32,000 nt of DNA from Chthoniobacteraceae bacterium (lineage in GTDB: Bacteria > Verrucomicrobiota > Verrucomicrobiia > Chthoniobacterales > Chthoniobacteraceae): assembly GCA_044221185.1 (NCBI GenBank), contig JBGAPP010000016.1, positions 46,652 to 78,651 on the forward strand. The letters are read 5' to 3'. Position 1 is the stretch's first letter. Each line of letters opens with the position of its first letter. The notes below the pieces were generated by a model that saw only the letters and a program-made list of their open reading frames with translations, was not told where the DNA came from and searched no databases. A program made the translations under genes and the position numbers. This document shows, piece by piece, positions 15,549 to 22,798 of this stretch.

Positions 15549-16385
15549 ATGCACCGTTTGAACTTCCGGGATGTCCTTGAGATTCAGCCGTGGGAGCATC
15601 TCACCAAGATTGTTTTTGCCTCGGCGCGCTGCGCTGATGTCGCGCGCGCTTATAGGTCGAACATTGAGCGTTCGCACCGTCTCGCGCTGATTCCCGGCCA
15701 TGCCTTCATGGATGGCGAGAATTGGAAAGCGGCGTGTGATCGCGCGATGAAGGAGCTGGGCACAAGTGATCCACTCGACGCGCGAGTGCCCGAGCCGGCG
15801 GTCAGGCTATACAAGGAACGTGAGGCGACTTTCAGCACGCAACAGAAGTGCGACCACTTCCGGGAGGCAACAGACAACGCGGACTTGATGTGGTCGGAGT
15901 TTGATACGATGCCGCGAGCGTTGCACGACCTGTTACAGACGATGGTGATCAACGCATTGACGGCGTTTGAAGTGCTAGTTGAGGGCTTGTGGTATGCAGC
16001 AGTCGCGGAGCGGCCCAGTTTGGAATCTGCAATGACAAACGAGGAGCGCGGCAAGATTGGCTTTCGCAGTCGGAGGCGTTTTCGGAAATCTTACGAACTC
16101 ATATTCACGTCCGATGTCGGAAGCATTCATTCGCTTCTGCTGGATCAATCCATTGATGCGGCGGCGCTGGTGAGAAACGTCTTGGTTCACGTCGCCGGAA
16201 AAACGGATGATGATTTTAGGACAGGGGCAAAGGGCATTCCGATTCTCGCGCAATGGGAGGCTGCGCCGGAAGGAACGGAAATCGAATTTACCGGCAGCTT
16301 TACTCGCGGGCTGATCGACCCGTTGACACCGCTCGGCTATTCGCTAGTCAAGGAAGTGGACGACTGGCTAAAACGAAATCCATGA
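15549..16385 (+). CDS. Hypothetical protein with candidate HEPN-type RNxxxH motif
   Basis: 278-aa ORF, apparently mostly helical. R209-N-V-L-V-H214 (nt 16173-16190, context AALVRNVLVHVAG) fits the HEPN Rx4-6H / R-N-x-x-x-H signature. The motif was seen directly; the fold assignment is inference. Confidence 0.5.
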   Translation: MHRLNFRDVLEIQPWEHLTKIVFASARCADVARAYRSNIERSHRLALIPGHAFMDGENWKAACDRAMKELGTSDPLDARVPEPAVRLYKEREATFSTQQKCDHFREATDNADLMWSEFDTMPRALHDLLQTMVINALTAFEVLVEGLWYAAVAERPSLESAMTNEERGKIGFRSRRRFRKSYELIFTSDVGSIHSLLLDQSIDAAALVRNVLVHVAGKTDDDFRTGAKGIPILAQWEAAPEGTEIEFTGSFTRGLIDPLTPLGYSLVKEVDDWLKRNP

Positions 16386-16609
16386 GTGCAGACATTCATG
16401 CTTTAGAGCTGGAGCAGAACTGCCCCGATTGTCAGGGCCGTCGCGGAGAGTATTTGCGAGGAGAGGAGGAAGGCTGGCAGGCGTGTTCGCGGTGCAATGG
16501 CTCCGGGTTTGTTCCCACCGAGCTTGGAACGCGCGTGCTCAACCTCATCCGCCACAACTCGCGCCTGACTGTCAGCGCCGAGCTGCGCGTCGCTGGCGCT
16601 GCCGTTTAG
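16382..16609 (+). CDS. Small DnaJ-type zinc-finger protein (two CxxCxGxG motifs)
   Basis: MSADIHALELEQNCPDCQGRRGEYLRGEEEGWQACSRCNGSGFVP contains CPDCQGRRG and CSRCNGSG. The ATG overlaps the upstream stop (ATGA, 16382-16385). Confidence 0.5.
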   Translation: MSADIHALELEQNCPDCQGRRGEYLRGEEEGWQACSRCNGSGFVPTELGTRVLNLIRHNSRLTVSAELRVAGAAV

Positions 16610-16718
16610 CGACTTCCATCCGGCGATCCACTTCGGCCTTTGGAACGCTGGCGATCTGGCGCATGAGCTTGTCGAACTTCTGAAACGGGGACGGCTCCGG
16701 CTGTGCTGGTTCGCTCAT
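16572..16718 (-). CDS. Possible small basic-tailed protein (48 aa)
   Basis: My own reverse translation gives MSEPAQPEPSPFQKFDKLMRQIASVPKAEVDRRMEVAKRQRQRRAARR. It is below the track length cut-off and overlaps the 3' end of the zinc-finger ORF convergently. It resembles small FxxFDxxMRxxxxVxKxE ORFs I have seen in mobile DNA (memory only). Confidence 0.3.
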   Translation of the reverse strand: MSEPAQPEPSPFQKFDKLMRQIASVPKAEVDRRMEVAKRQRQRRAARR

Positions 16719-16787
16719 GGTGGAAGCGTATCAAACGCACGCAGCGGGTGCAAGAGCGGCGCATTGACGGCGGTGCGGGCCGGGCGT

Positions 16788-16985
16788 ATGCGGAGAGCCG
16801 TGAAGATTCACGAACTCAAGCCCGAGATGGACAGGATCGAGGCGGAGATTCTGGCGCTGCCGCCCGAGGAAATAAAAAGGCTTGTGGAGGAGAGCCGCAA
16901 AAATGGGGAGGAAATGCGAGCGGCGATGTCGCCAGAGCAGCGGCGCGAGGAGTTGGAGATCGCCCTCGCGTCGGGAAGCCACTAG
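16788..16985 (+). CDS. Possible small charged coiled-coil protein
   Basis: Inner Met of track ORF 16764..16985: MRRAVKIHELKPEMDRIEAEILALPPEEIKRLVEESRKNGEEMRAAMSPEQRREELEIALASGSH. No recognisable domain. Confidence 0.3.
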   Translation: MRRAVKIHELKPEMDRIEAEILALPPEEIKRLVEESRKNGEEMRAAMSPEQRREELEIALASGSH

Positions 16986-17084
16986 CGTTTGCGCCTGCGC
17001 TTCTGTCGCTCTCGGGCTGCAAATCGCAGCGCATTCGCCAGCCGCGCCACGCAGCGCGTGTTGTATCGCTGGCCGCGCTCCTGC

Positions 17085-18083
17085 CTATGCAAGTGCCGGA
17101 AGGCCGTCGTCGCTGCCAGTGAGCTTGAGCCACGTCAGGCGCTTGCCGATGAAGCCCGCGATGGCCTTGAGGAAGCGGCCCTTGTCGCTGTCCTTCCGCT
17201 CGTTGAAGCGGAACGCCTGCTCGTCGAGGTAGCGGAACAGGTGGAAGGGCTCCACGCTGACATACGTGCCCTTGATCGCGCGTTTCAGCAGCGACCAGAA
17301 GTTTTCAAGGCCGTTCGTGTGAACGTGTCCCTTCGCGTAGCAGACCGCGTGATCCACGACGTTGTGCGTGTATTCGTCGGAAAGGCCGGCGTAGCCCTTC
17401 AGCGCGTCCGTGTGAACCTCCGCACCCTTGAGCACGTATTGACGCACACCTTTCTGAACATCCGCTCGTTTCGTGGAGTTGATGACGCGCAGCTTCACCC
17501 GCGAAGCTTTCTCGCGCGTGCTGCGCTCCAACAATCCTTGCACGGGCGTCATGGCAATGCCGCCGGTCTTGCGGCCATACTTCGCACGCCGCTTCGCCTT
17601 CTGCTTCGCGTTCATCGTGCGCGCCCTTGCGCCGATGTAGGTTTCATCCGCCTCCACAATGCCGCCCATCTTCACCACGCTGCCGTTCTGCATCGCGTAG
17701 CGGATGCGCTGCAACATGAACCATCCCGTTTTCTGGCACACACCAAGCGCCCGCGCGATCTCGTAGCTGCTGTTCCCGTTCTTCGCGTTGGCAATCAGCC
17801 ACGTCGCCGCGATCCACTTGTCGAACTTGATGGGGCTGTCCTCGAAGATTGTGCCGAGCCGGATGGTGAACTGCTTTTTGCAGTCCTTGCACTTCCATTT
17901 CCGCCGCGTGGAAATGAAGCTGTGGCGCTCCGAGTCGCAGTGCGAGCAGCGCACAACGCCGTCAGACCAGCGCACTAATTTCATGTAGTCGAACGCGCGT
18001 TGTTCGTCGGCAAAGTAGCGCATCACTTCCTGCAACGTCTCGGGAAACTCCGCGCCGCTCTCAGTCGTGTTTTCGGTTTTCAT
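17085..18083 (-). CDS. IS1595-family transposase (N-terminal zinc ribbon + DDE domain)
   Basis: VRCSHCDSERHSFISTRRKWKCKDCKKQFTIRLGTIFEDS is the IS1595 Zn-ribbon. VEADETYIG, VHTDALKGY and TNGLENFWSLLKRAIKGTYVSV are the DDE/ISXO2-like core. Confidence 0.9.
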   Translation of the reverse strand: MKTENTTESGAEFPETLQEVMRYFADEQRAFDYMKLVRWSDGVVRCSHCDSERHSFISTRRKWKCKDCKKQFTIRLGTIFEDSPIKFDKWIAATWLIANAKNGNSSYEIARALGVCQKTGWFMLQRIRYAMQNGSVVKMGGIVEADETYIGARARTMNAKQKAKRRAKYGRKTGGIAMTPVQGLLERSTREKASRVKLRVINSTKRADVQKGVRQYVLKGAEVHTDALKGYAGLSDEYTHNVVDHAVCYAKGHVHTNGLENFWSLLKRAIKGTYVSVEPFHLFRYLDEQAFRFNERKDSDKGRFLKAIAGFIGKRLTWLKLTGSDDGLPALA

Positions 18084-18449
18084 GCACGCACACTGCCCGT
18101 TGCGTGCGGGTGCGTCAAGTCATTTATTGCCCGAAACAGGCTCGAATCACGGGCAAGGATGCCATTTGGCCGGAGCGCCCGATCAAGTCTGCGGTGGGAA
18201 TGCTGAACAACCTTGGAGCGTGGCGTTTGCTTCAACGAATGACCCACATGGAGGCATGGGACATGACGAGTGAACATCTGAAAGATGGGGAGCCATTGTT
18301 CAACACGCAACAGGCGTGGAGCCGAGCGAAACGAAAGGCTGAAATCTTCCTTGGAATAGTAACAGGGCGAGAGTGAGCAGGCACACCCGCTAAATCGCGG
18401 GCATTTAGCGGGAACGACGTGGGAAAAAAGCAGTGCGAGGTGGGTATCC

Positions 18450-18734
18450 ATGAAGCACCAACTGACTCCGCCGCTCACAGACGGCGCACAAGACACTGTG
18501 GCACCTGTCGCACCGGGACGTTGCGACGGAATCATGCCCGAGTTCGTCCGCACTGCCGATGCCGTCCGGCTTTTCGGAATCGGCAAATCCACGCTCGCGG
18601 ACTGGATTTCAAGAGGCTTGATCCGAAGCCACCTCGTGAGACGACCGGGGAACAAATCAGGAATCCGTCTGATTTCCACGGCAGGCTTGCGCGCCTTCAT
18701 CGAAGGGCATCGCGAGAACACCCCTCAGCGGTAA
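18450..18734 (+). CDS. Excisionase/AlpA-like helix-turn-helix DNA-binding protein
   Basis: FVRTADAVRLFGIGKSTLADWISRGLIRSHLV is an HTH_17/MerR-like excisionase-family motif. A GAGGTG SD-like sequence lies 7 nt before the ATG at 18450. An alternative start at 18534 (MPEFVRT) would give a 66-aa Xis-sized protein. Confidence 0.7.
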   Translation: MKHQLTPPLTDGAQDTVAPVAPGRCDGIMPEFVRTADAVRLFGIGKSTLADWISRGLIRSHLVRRPGNKSGIRLISTAGLRAFIEGHRENTPQR

Positions 18735-18770
18735 TAACCCGTCTCAGCGGACTTTTTTGTTCGAGCCGCT

Positions 18771-19673
18771 ATGGTTGACACTGCGAGAAAAATCCTGACC
18801 GGCTGCGTTCTTCGCGACGATTGCCCGTTTCCTGTGGGAATTTACAAAGAAAAAGTGCGTGTTCCCGGAGGTGCGAGCACTGAGGTGGAAAAGGGCATCA
18901 AAGTTTGTGACGCACAAACCGGACTGGCAGTTTGGGGAAGTCCGCAAAATGGATTCAGCATTGAGCACTCCTTGCCGCAGTTGATCTTTCCCACAAACGG
19001 ACGCTTGCTCAAATCACAGGCGGAACTTGATGGGGCTGTCGGCGTAATGGATGCGTTTCTTGCAAAAGTCCTTTCTCCCCCGAGAACTGCGGAGTTCACG
19101 CGGGTTGATCTGTGTTGGCAGATCGCAGGGGACATCGCGCATTTCATCGCATCGCTTAGAGGGTGTAGGCACCCGCTAATTAACGGCGTGCCAGGATTTG
19201 CCGAAAACGAGTCCATCTGGTTCGGGAAAAGGAATGCGACGATGAGAGGCTGCATTTATGACAAGATGCGGGAGCTTTCCGGCAAGCCCGGCAACGTAAT
19301 CAGGATCGAATGGAGGTTGCGAAAGCGCAGATTGCGAGAGGAGTTGACCGGCAGTCTTGCGCCTGTAACTCACTTGATTTTTGATGCGTGTCGGCGCTCA
19401 TTCAGACGCCTTACGGTTGCGCTAAGTCCGAATCCGGCTGCTCTGATTCAGCAAGGCAGTGGCGCTCTCGCCGACTTCATCGCGCTCGGTGAAATGAGAG
19501 GCTGGAAAGACAATGGGCGAAGTTGTCTCGAAATATGGTCGCAACACTACGGTTCACCGCAGGCAGCCGCCCGGTTTCGCCAAAAGGTGAAGGCGGCAAA
19601 AGTCCGTTTCGGAGGGGTCAATTTCCACGAACTGCTGCCTGAGTCGCACATGCCCGACCCTGTTGAAATCTGA
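18771..19673 (+). CDS. Putative replication initiation protein (phage/plasmid gene II/X, Rep_trans-like)
   Basis: The pattern SLPQLIFPTNGRLL ... FTRVDLCWQ ... IWFGKRNATMRGCIYDK ... VIRIEWRLRKRRL matches the layout I recall for gene II/X-CRI-type replication initiators. Not verified by search. Confidence 0.5.
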   Translation: MVDTARKILTGCVLRDDCPFPVGIYKEKVRVPGGASTEVEKGIKVCDAQTGLAVWGSPQNGFSIEHSLPQLIFPTNGRLLKSQAELDGAVGVMDAFLAKVLSPPRTAEFTRVDLCWQIAGDIAHFIASLRGCRHPLINGVPGFAENESIWFGKRNATMRGCIYDKMRELSGKPGNVIRIEWRLRKRRLREELTGSLAPVTHLIFDACRRSFRRLTVALSPNPAALIQQGSGALADFIALGEMRGWKDNGRSCLEIWSQHYGSPQAAARFRQKVKAAKVRFGGVNFHELLPESHMPDPVEI

Positions 19674-20117
19674 ATGAATGCCGCCAAACCAAAACCTGTG
19701 CGCCGCGCTCGCGGGCGTCCCTCGAAATACTCGCCCAAGACCGTGAAAGCGATCTGCGCCGCCATCGCGGACGGATTGCCGAACAAATTCGCGGCGGCTA
19801 TGGGTGGCATTTCGCAGGACACTTTTTGCGATTGGCAGCGGCGTTTTCCCGAATTTTCCGAAGCCGTCGAGAGAGCTACGGCGCGCGGCGTTCATGCGCG
19901 GCTGAAAATCATCAAAGCGGCGGCGGAGGGCGGTGACGTGAAAGCCGCGCAATGGTGGCTGGAACACGTCATGCCTGAGCACTTCGCCCGCAATCGAATC
20001 GAGCTGAAGCACGACATCGCGGGACGCTTGGAGCATGAGATTGTTGTGTCGCCGCAAGCCTTGGAAGCCATCGCAGAGAGCCGGAGACGCTATGAGCTTG
20101 CCCGTGCCAACGGCTGA
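19674..20117 (+). CDS. Terminase small-subunit-like HTH protein
   Basis: RRARGRPSKYSPKTVKAICAAIADGLPNKFAAAMGGISQDTFCDWQRRFPEFSEAVERA is the typical TerS-type N-terminal HTH. The gene starts on the base after the Rep stop and overlaps the TerL start. Confidence 0.6.
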   Translation: MNAAKPKPVRRARGRPSKYSPKTVKAICAAIADGLPNKFAAAMGGISQDTFCDWQRRFPEFSEAVERATARGVHARLKIIKAAAEGGDVKAAQWWLEHVMPEHFARNRIELKHDIAGRLEHEIVVSPQALEAIAESRRRYELARANG

Positions 20118-21384
20118 CAGCCTCTCAACACCAGTCGGCTTTGCGCATGGCGTTCTCGGGATGCCTCTCTACGGGTGGCAGGAACTCATTCTTTGGGATG
20201 CCGACACTCCCGGCTCAATCGCGGTGAAGGCTGCAAATGGCACGGGCAAGACGACGCACATTGCCGCACCGCTGGCGCTATGGCACGCGGCGGTTTTTCC
20301 GAACTCGCTCACGATCATAACGGCGGGCGTGTATCGGCAAGTGAAGGAACAATTGTTCCCCGCAATCCGCCGCCATGCTGCGAAGTTTGCAGGATGGACG
20401 TTCAACGAGACGGAAATCGAAGCGGCTCACGGTTCGCGCATCATCGGATTTTCGACCGATGAGCCCGGCAAATTCGAGGGCTGGCACGCGGAAAATCTTC
20501 TCGTGATTGTGGACGAGGCCAAAAGTGTGCCGGACGCCATTTTTGAGGCGATCGAGAGGTGCCAGCCAAACCGTTTCCTAGTGATGAGTTCGCCGGGCGG
20601 GCGCACAGGATTCTTTTACCAAGCATTTAGCGCGCGCCGGAAATTCTTCCGCCCTCACACGGTCACTGCGCAGAAATGCCCTCACATTTCGCCGCAATGG
20701 ATCGCGGAACAGATTGAGAAATACGGCGAACAATCCCCCCTCGTGCGCAGCATGGTTTTTGCGGAGTTCATGGAGACGGGGGAAGACGGGACGGCAATCA
20801 ATCTCGCGCTTTTGGAGCGGTGCGTGTCGCACCCGCCGCCATTCGAGCCGGGAAAGGTGAGGGCGTTCTGCGATTTCGCCGCTGGCGGTGATGAGAACGT
20901 GTTGGCAATCGCAGAGGGGAACCGCGTGAAGATCGCTGCCGCATGGCGCGATAGGGACACCATGAGCGCAGTCGGGCGATTCATTCAGTTGTTCCGAGAG
21001 CATGGGCTTTCCGCAGAGAACATCTTTGCGGACAGCGGAGGGTTGGGGATTCCCATTTGCGACCGCTTCAAAGAACTCGGCTGGAATGTGCGTCGAGTGA
21101 ACAACGGAGCGCCGTCGAAAGAGCCGGACACCTACGCCAACATTGCGGCAGAAATTTGGATGAAAGGCGCACTCAAAATCGAGCGGAGCCAAGTCATTCT
21201 ACCGGATGATGCTGAGCTATTCGCGCAGCTCACGACGCGGCGCTTTGGCACGTCAAGTCGCGGGCAAATCATGCTCGAATCAAAAGAGCAAATGCGCGCA
21301 CGCGGACTGCGAAGCCCTGACCGCGCCGACGCTGTGCTTGGCTGCCTCTTTGAGCCGAGGGTGGAACGTCTTCTTTTTGCCTGA
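20092..21384 (+). CDS. Terminase large subunit-like ATPase/nuclease
   Basis: Walker A AANGTGKT and Walker B LLVIVDEAK. RNaseH-like nuclease acidic motifs FCDFAAGGDENVLAI, IFADSGGLGI and SPDRADAV. Start taken at MSLPVPTAD (ATG at 20092) inside track ORF 20035..21384. Confidence 0.8.
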   Translation: MSLPVPTADSLSTPVGFAHGVLGMPLYGWQELILWDADTPGSIAVKAANGTGKTTHIAAPLALWHAAVFPNSLTIITAGVYRQVKEQLFPAIRRHAAKFAGWTFNETEIEAAHGSRIIGFSTDEPGKFEGWHAENLLVIVDEAKSVPDAIFEAIERCQPNRFLVMSSPGGRTGFFYQAFSARRKFFRPHTVTAQKCPHISPQWIAEQIEKYGEQSPLVRSMVFAEFMETGEDGTAINLALLERCVSHPPPFEPGKVRAFCDFAAGGDENVLAIAEGNRVKIAAAWRDRDTMSAVGRFIQLFREHGLSAENIFADSGGLGIPICDRFKELGWNVRRVNNGAPSKEPDTYANIAAEIWMKGALKIERSQVILPDDAELFAQLTTRRFGTSSRGQIMLESKEQMRARGLRSPDRADAVLGCLFEPRVERLLFA

Positions 21385-21415
21385 GCCGGCCCTATGGAAA
21401 CCGCAACACGCGTTT

Positions 21416-21688
21416 TCAGTGTTGCGCCTTCTGAATTGCCCGCATGAACCGCCGCATGACTTCAACAGGATCGGCTCCCAAAGTCTTCACGTAGTCAACG
21501 AACTGGCACACGTCCAATTTCCGCTCGCCCGCCTCGATTTTGGAGACGGCAGATTGCGGCCTTCCCAGCCGCTCCGCGACCTGCGTTTGCGTCCAATTCT
21601 GCTCATCACGCAAATCCTTCAGCAGTTGCAAGAGGGCTTCCCACTCCTTCGTGTAGAGCGATTTGGTGAGGCGCTTTTTCAACGCCAA
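21416..21688 (-). CDS. XRE-family helix-turn-helix transcriptional regulator
   Basis: LRDEQNWTQTQVAERLGRPQSAVSKIEAGERKLDVCQFVDY is a canonical HTH_3/XRE motif. The gene is divergent from the 21795 gene. Confidence 0.85.
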   Translation of the reverse strand: MALKKRLTKSLYTKEWEALLQLLKDLRDEQNWTQTQVAERLGRPQSAVSKIEAGERKLDVCQFVDYVKTLGADPVEVMRRFMRAIQKAQH

Positions 21689-21694
21689 GCGTCT

Positions 21695-21710
21695 AACCCG
21701 AAAACGGGTT
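21695..21710. promoter_or_regulatory. Palindrome AACCCG-AAAA-CGGGTT next to the XRE gene start (candidate operator)
   Basis: A perfect 6-bp inverted repeat with a 4-nt spacer lies 7 nt upstream of the XRE start codon, in the divergent intergenic region. A second 5-bp palindrome, GCTAC-CGGCA-GTAGC, lies at 21771-21785. Confidence 0.3.
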
Positions 21711-21794
21711 TATCCGATTTCTTGGATATTGGGTTTGCCGTCTTCCCGATGACGCCCTAAAAACCGGCCCGCTACCGGCAGTAGCGAAGCCCGC

Positions 21795-22025
21795 ATGAAT
21801 GCCAACCCTCAGCGAAAACATTTCGTCCAGCGGCACTGGAAAGTGCTGGCCGTGATCGCTCTCGCGATTCTCCTGCTCATCAATCAGGCGCAACAGGACT
21901 CGCGTGACGCGCTGAACAAGCATGAAGACACGATGCGCTATTTGGATCGCATGAGCCGAGAAACGGACAGCGAGCGTCGCGTCCGGTTACAGGCGGAGGA
22001 ATACGCGGGAGCTTTGCGGCGATGA
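21795..22025 (+). CDS. Small single-pass membrane protein
   Basis: 76 aa with one hydrophobic helix (WKVLAVIALAILLLI) and a charged tail. The stop overlaps the next ATG (ATGA, 22022-22025). Confidence 0.45.
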   Translation: MNANPQRKHFVQRHWKVLAVIALAILLLINQAQQDSRDALNKHEDTMRYLDRMSRETDSERRVRLQAEEYAGALRR

Positions 22026-22669
22026 AGCGCGCTTTTCTTCTCCTTTGCATTTCGGCTTCCGCCGCCTTCGCGCGGCCCGGCGAAACATCCGGGCAAGTTC
22101 AAGAACGCTTTGGCGAGCCACTGACGGAAAAGGTGACAACCGATCCCGGAAAAATCGTTGGCAGCGTGCAAGCCCCGGCGGGGGGCAGGCGAATTAGCAT
22201 CCGTGATGATTCGCGCAAAGAGCAGATCACATATCGTCTTGTGACGGCCAATCCCCTCACAACGTCCATGCGTGAAACCTCGCGCGTGCATCAATTCGGC
22301 AAATTCAAAATCGCCGTGCATTTCTTCGACAACCGAAGCCAGCGCGAGGCGTATAAAAAGAGTGGCGGACGGCTCGAAAATGATGAGGTCGAGCAAATTC
22401 TCTCGGCGGCGAGCAACGGCGCGCCTTGGGCAGTGGAAGCAAACGAAATTGGTGCGGCAAAAGGAACAGCGATCACGGAAACAGCGTTCCAAAATGGCAG
22501 ACGTGTTCCCGGCAATTACAAGGCCAACGGCCTGCGTGCGTGGATTCAAGGCGCGGACACTTTGATTGTGGAAACAGATTCGTTTCGGGAACTGCGGTTG
22601 GCGCAACCGGCGAAAAAGCCAGAGCCCCAATTTGGCCAACCCATCCCCGGCAAGGGAAAAGGCTTCTAG
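22022..22669 (+). CDS. Secreted hypothetical protein
   Basis: MKRAFLLLCISASAAFARPGE is a signal peptide. No recognisable domain. Translationally coupled to the upstream small membrane protein. Confidence 0.55.
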   Translation: MKRAFLLLCISASAAFARPGETSGQVQERFGEPLTEKVTTDPGKIVGSVQAPAGGRRISIRDDSRKEQITYRLVTANPLTTSMRETSRVHQFGKFKIAVHFFDNRSQREAYKKSGGRLENDEVEQILSAASNGAPWAVEANEIGAAKGTAITETAFQNGRRVPGNYKANGLRAWIQGADTLIVETDSFRELRLAQPAKKPEPQFGQPIPGKGKGF

Positions 22670-22798
22670 CCGATTCGGAAAATGCGCTGGCGAGCATCGT
22701 AGTGCGCGGGAAGACCCCTGTGATGTCCGCGCCGTCTTGTGCTGGCTTGTTGTCGCGCCTTGCGCCGCTCGCATCGGCAATTCAGCCTCCGCCACTTG

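Noticed and set aside
16989-17978. 329-aa plus-strand ORF
   Set aside because: It is exactly antisense to the IS1595 transposase, which has unmistakable Zn-ribbon and DDE motifs.
16981-18250. Terminal inverted repeats and target-site duplication for the IS1595 element
   Set aside because: Manual comparison of both flanks found only a shared 7-mer (GCGCTCC), which is not significant. The IS boundaries are therefore left undefined.
18080-18721. 213-aa minus-strand ORF, and 18104..18376 (+) 90-aa ORF
   Set aside because: Neither has motifs, a convincing RBS or a sensible composition. The minus ORF is antisense to the Xis-like HTH gene. I cannot support either as coding.
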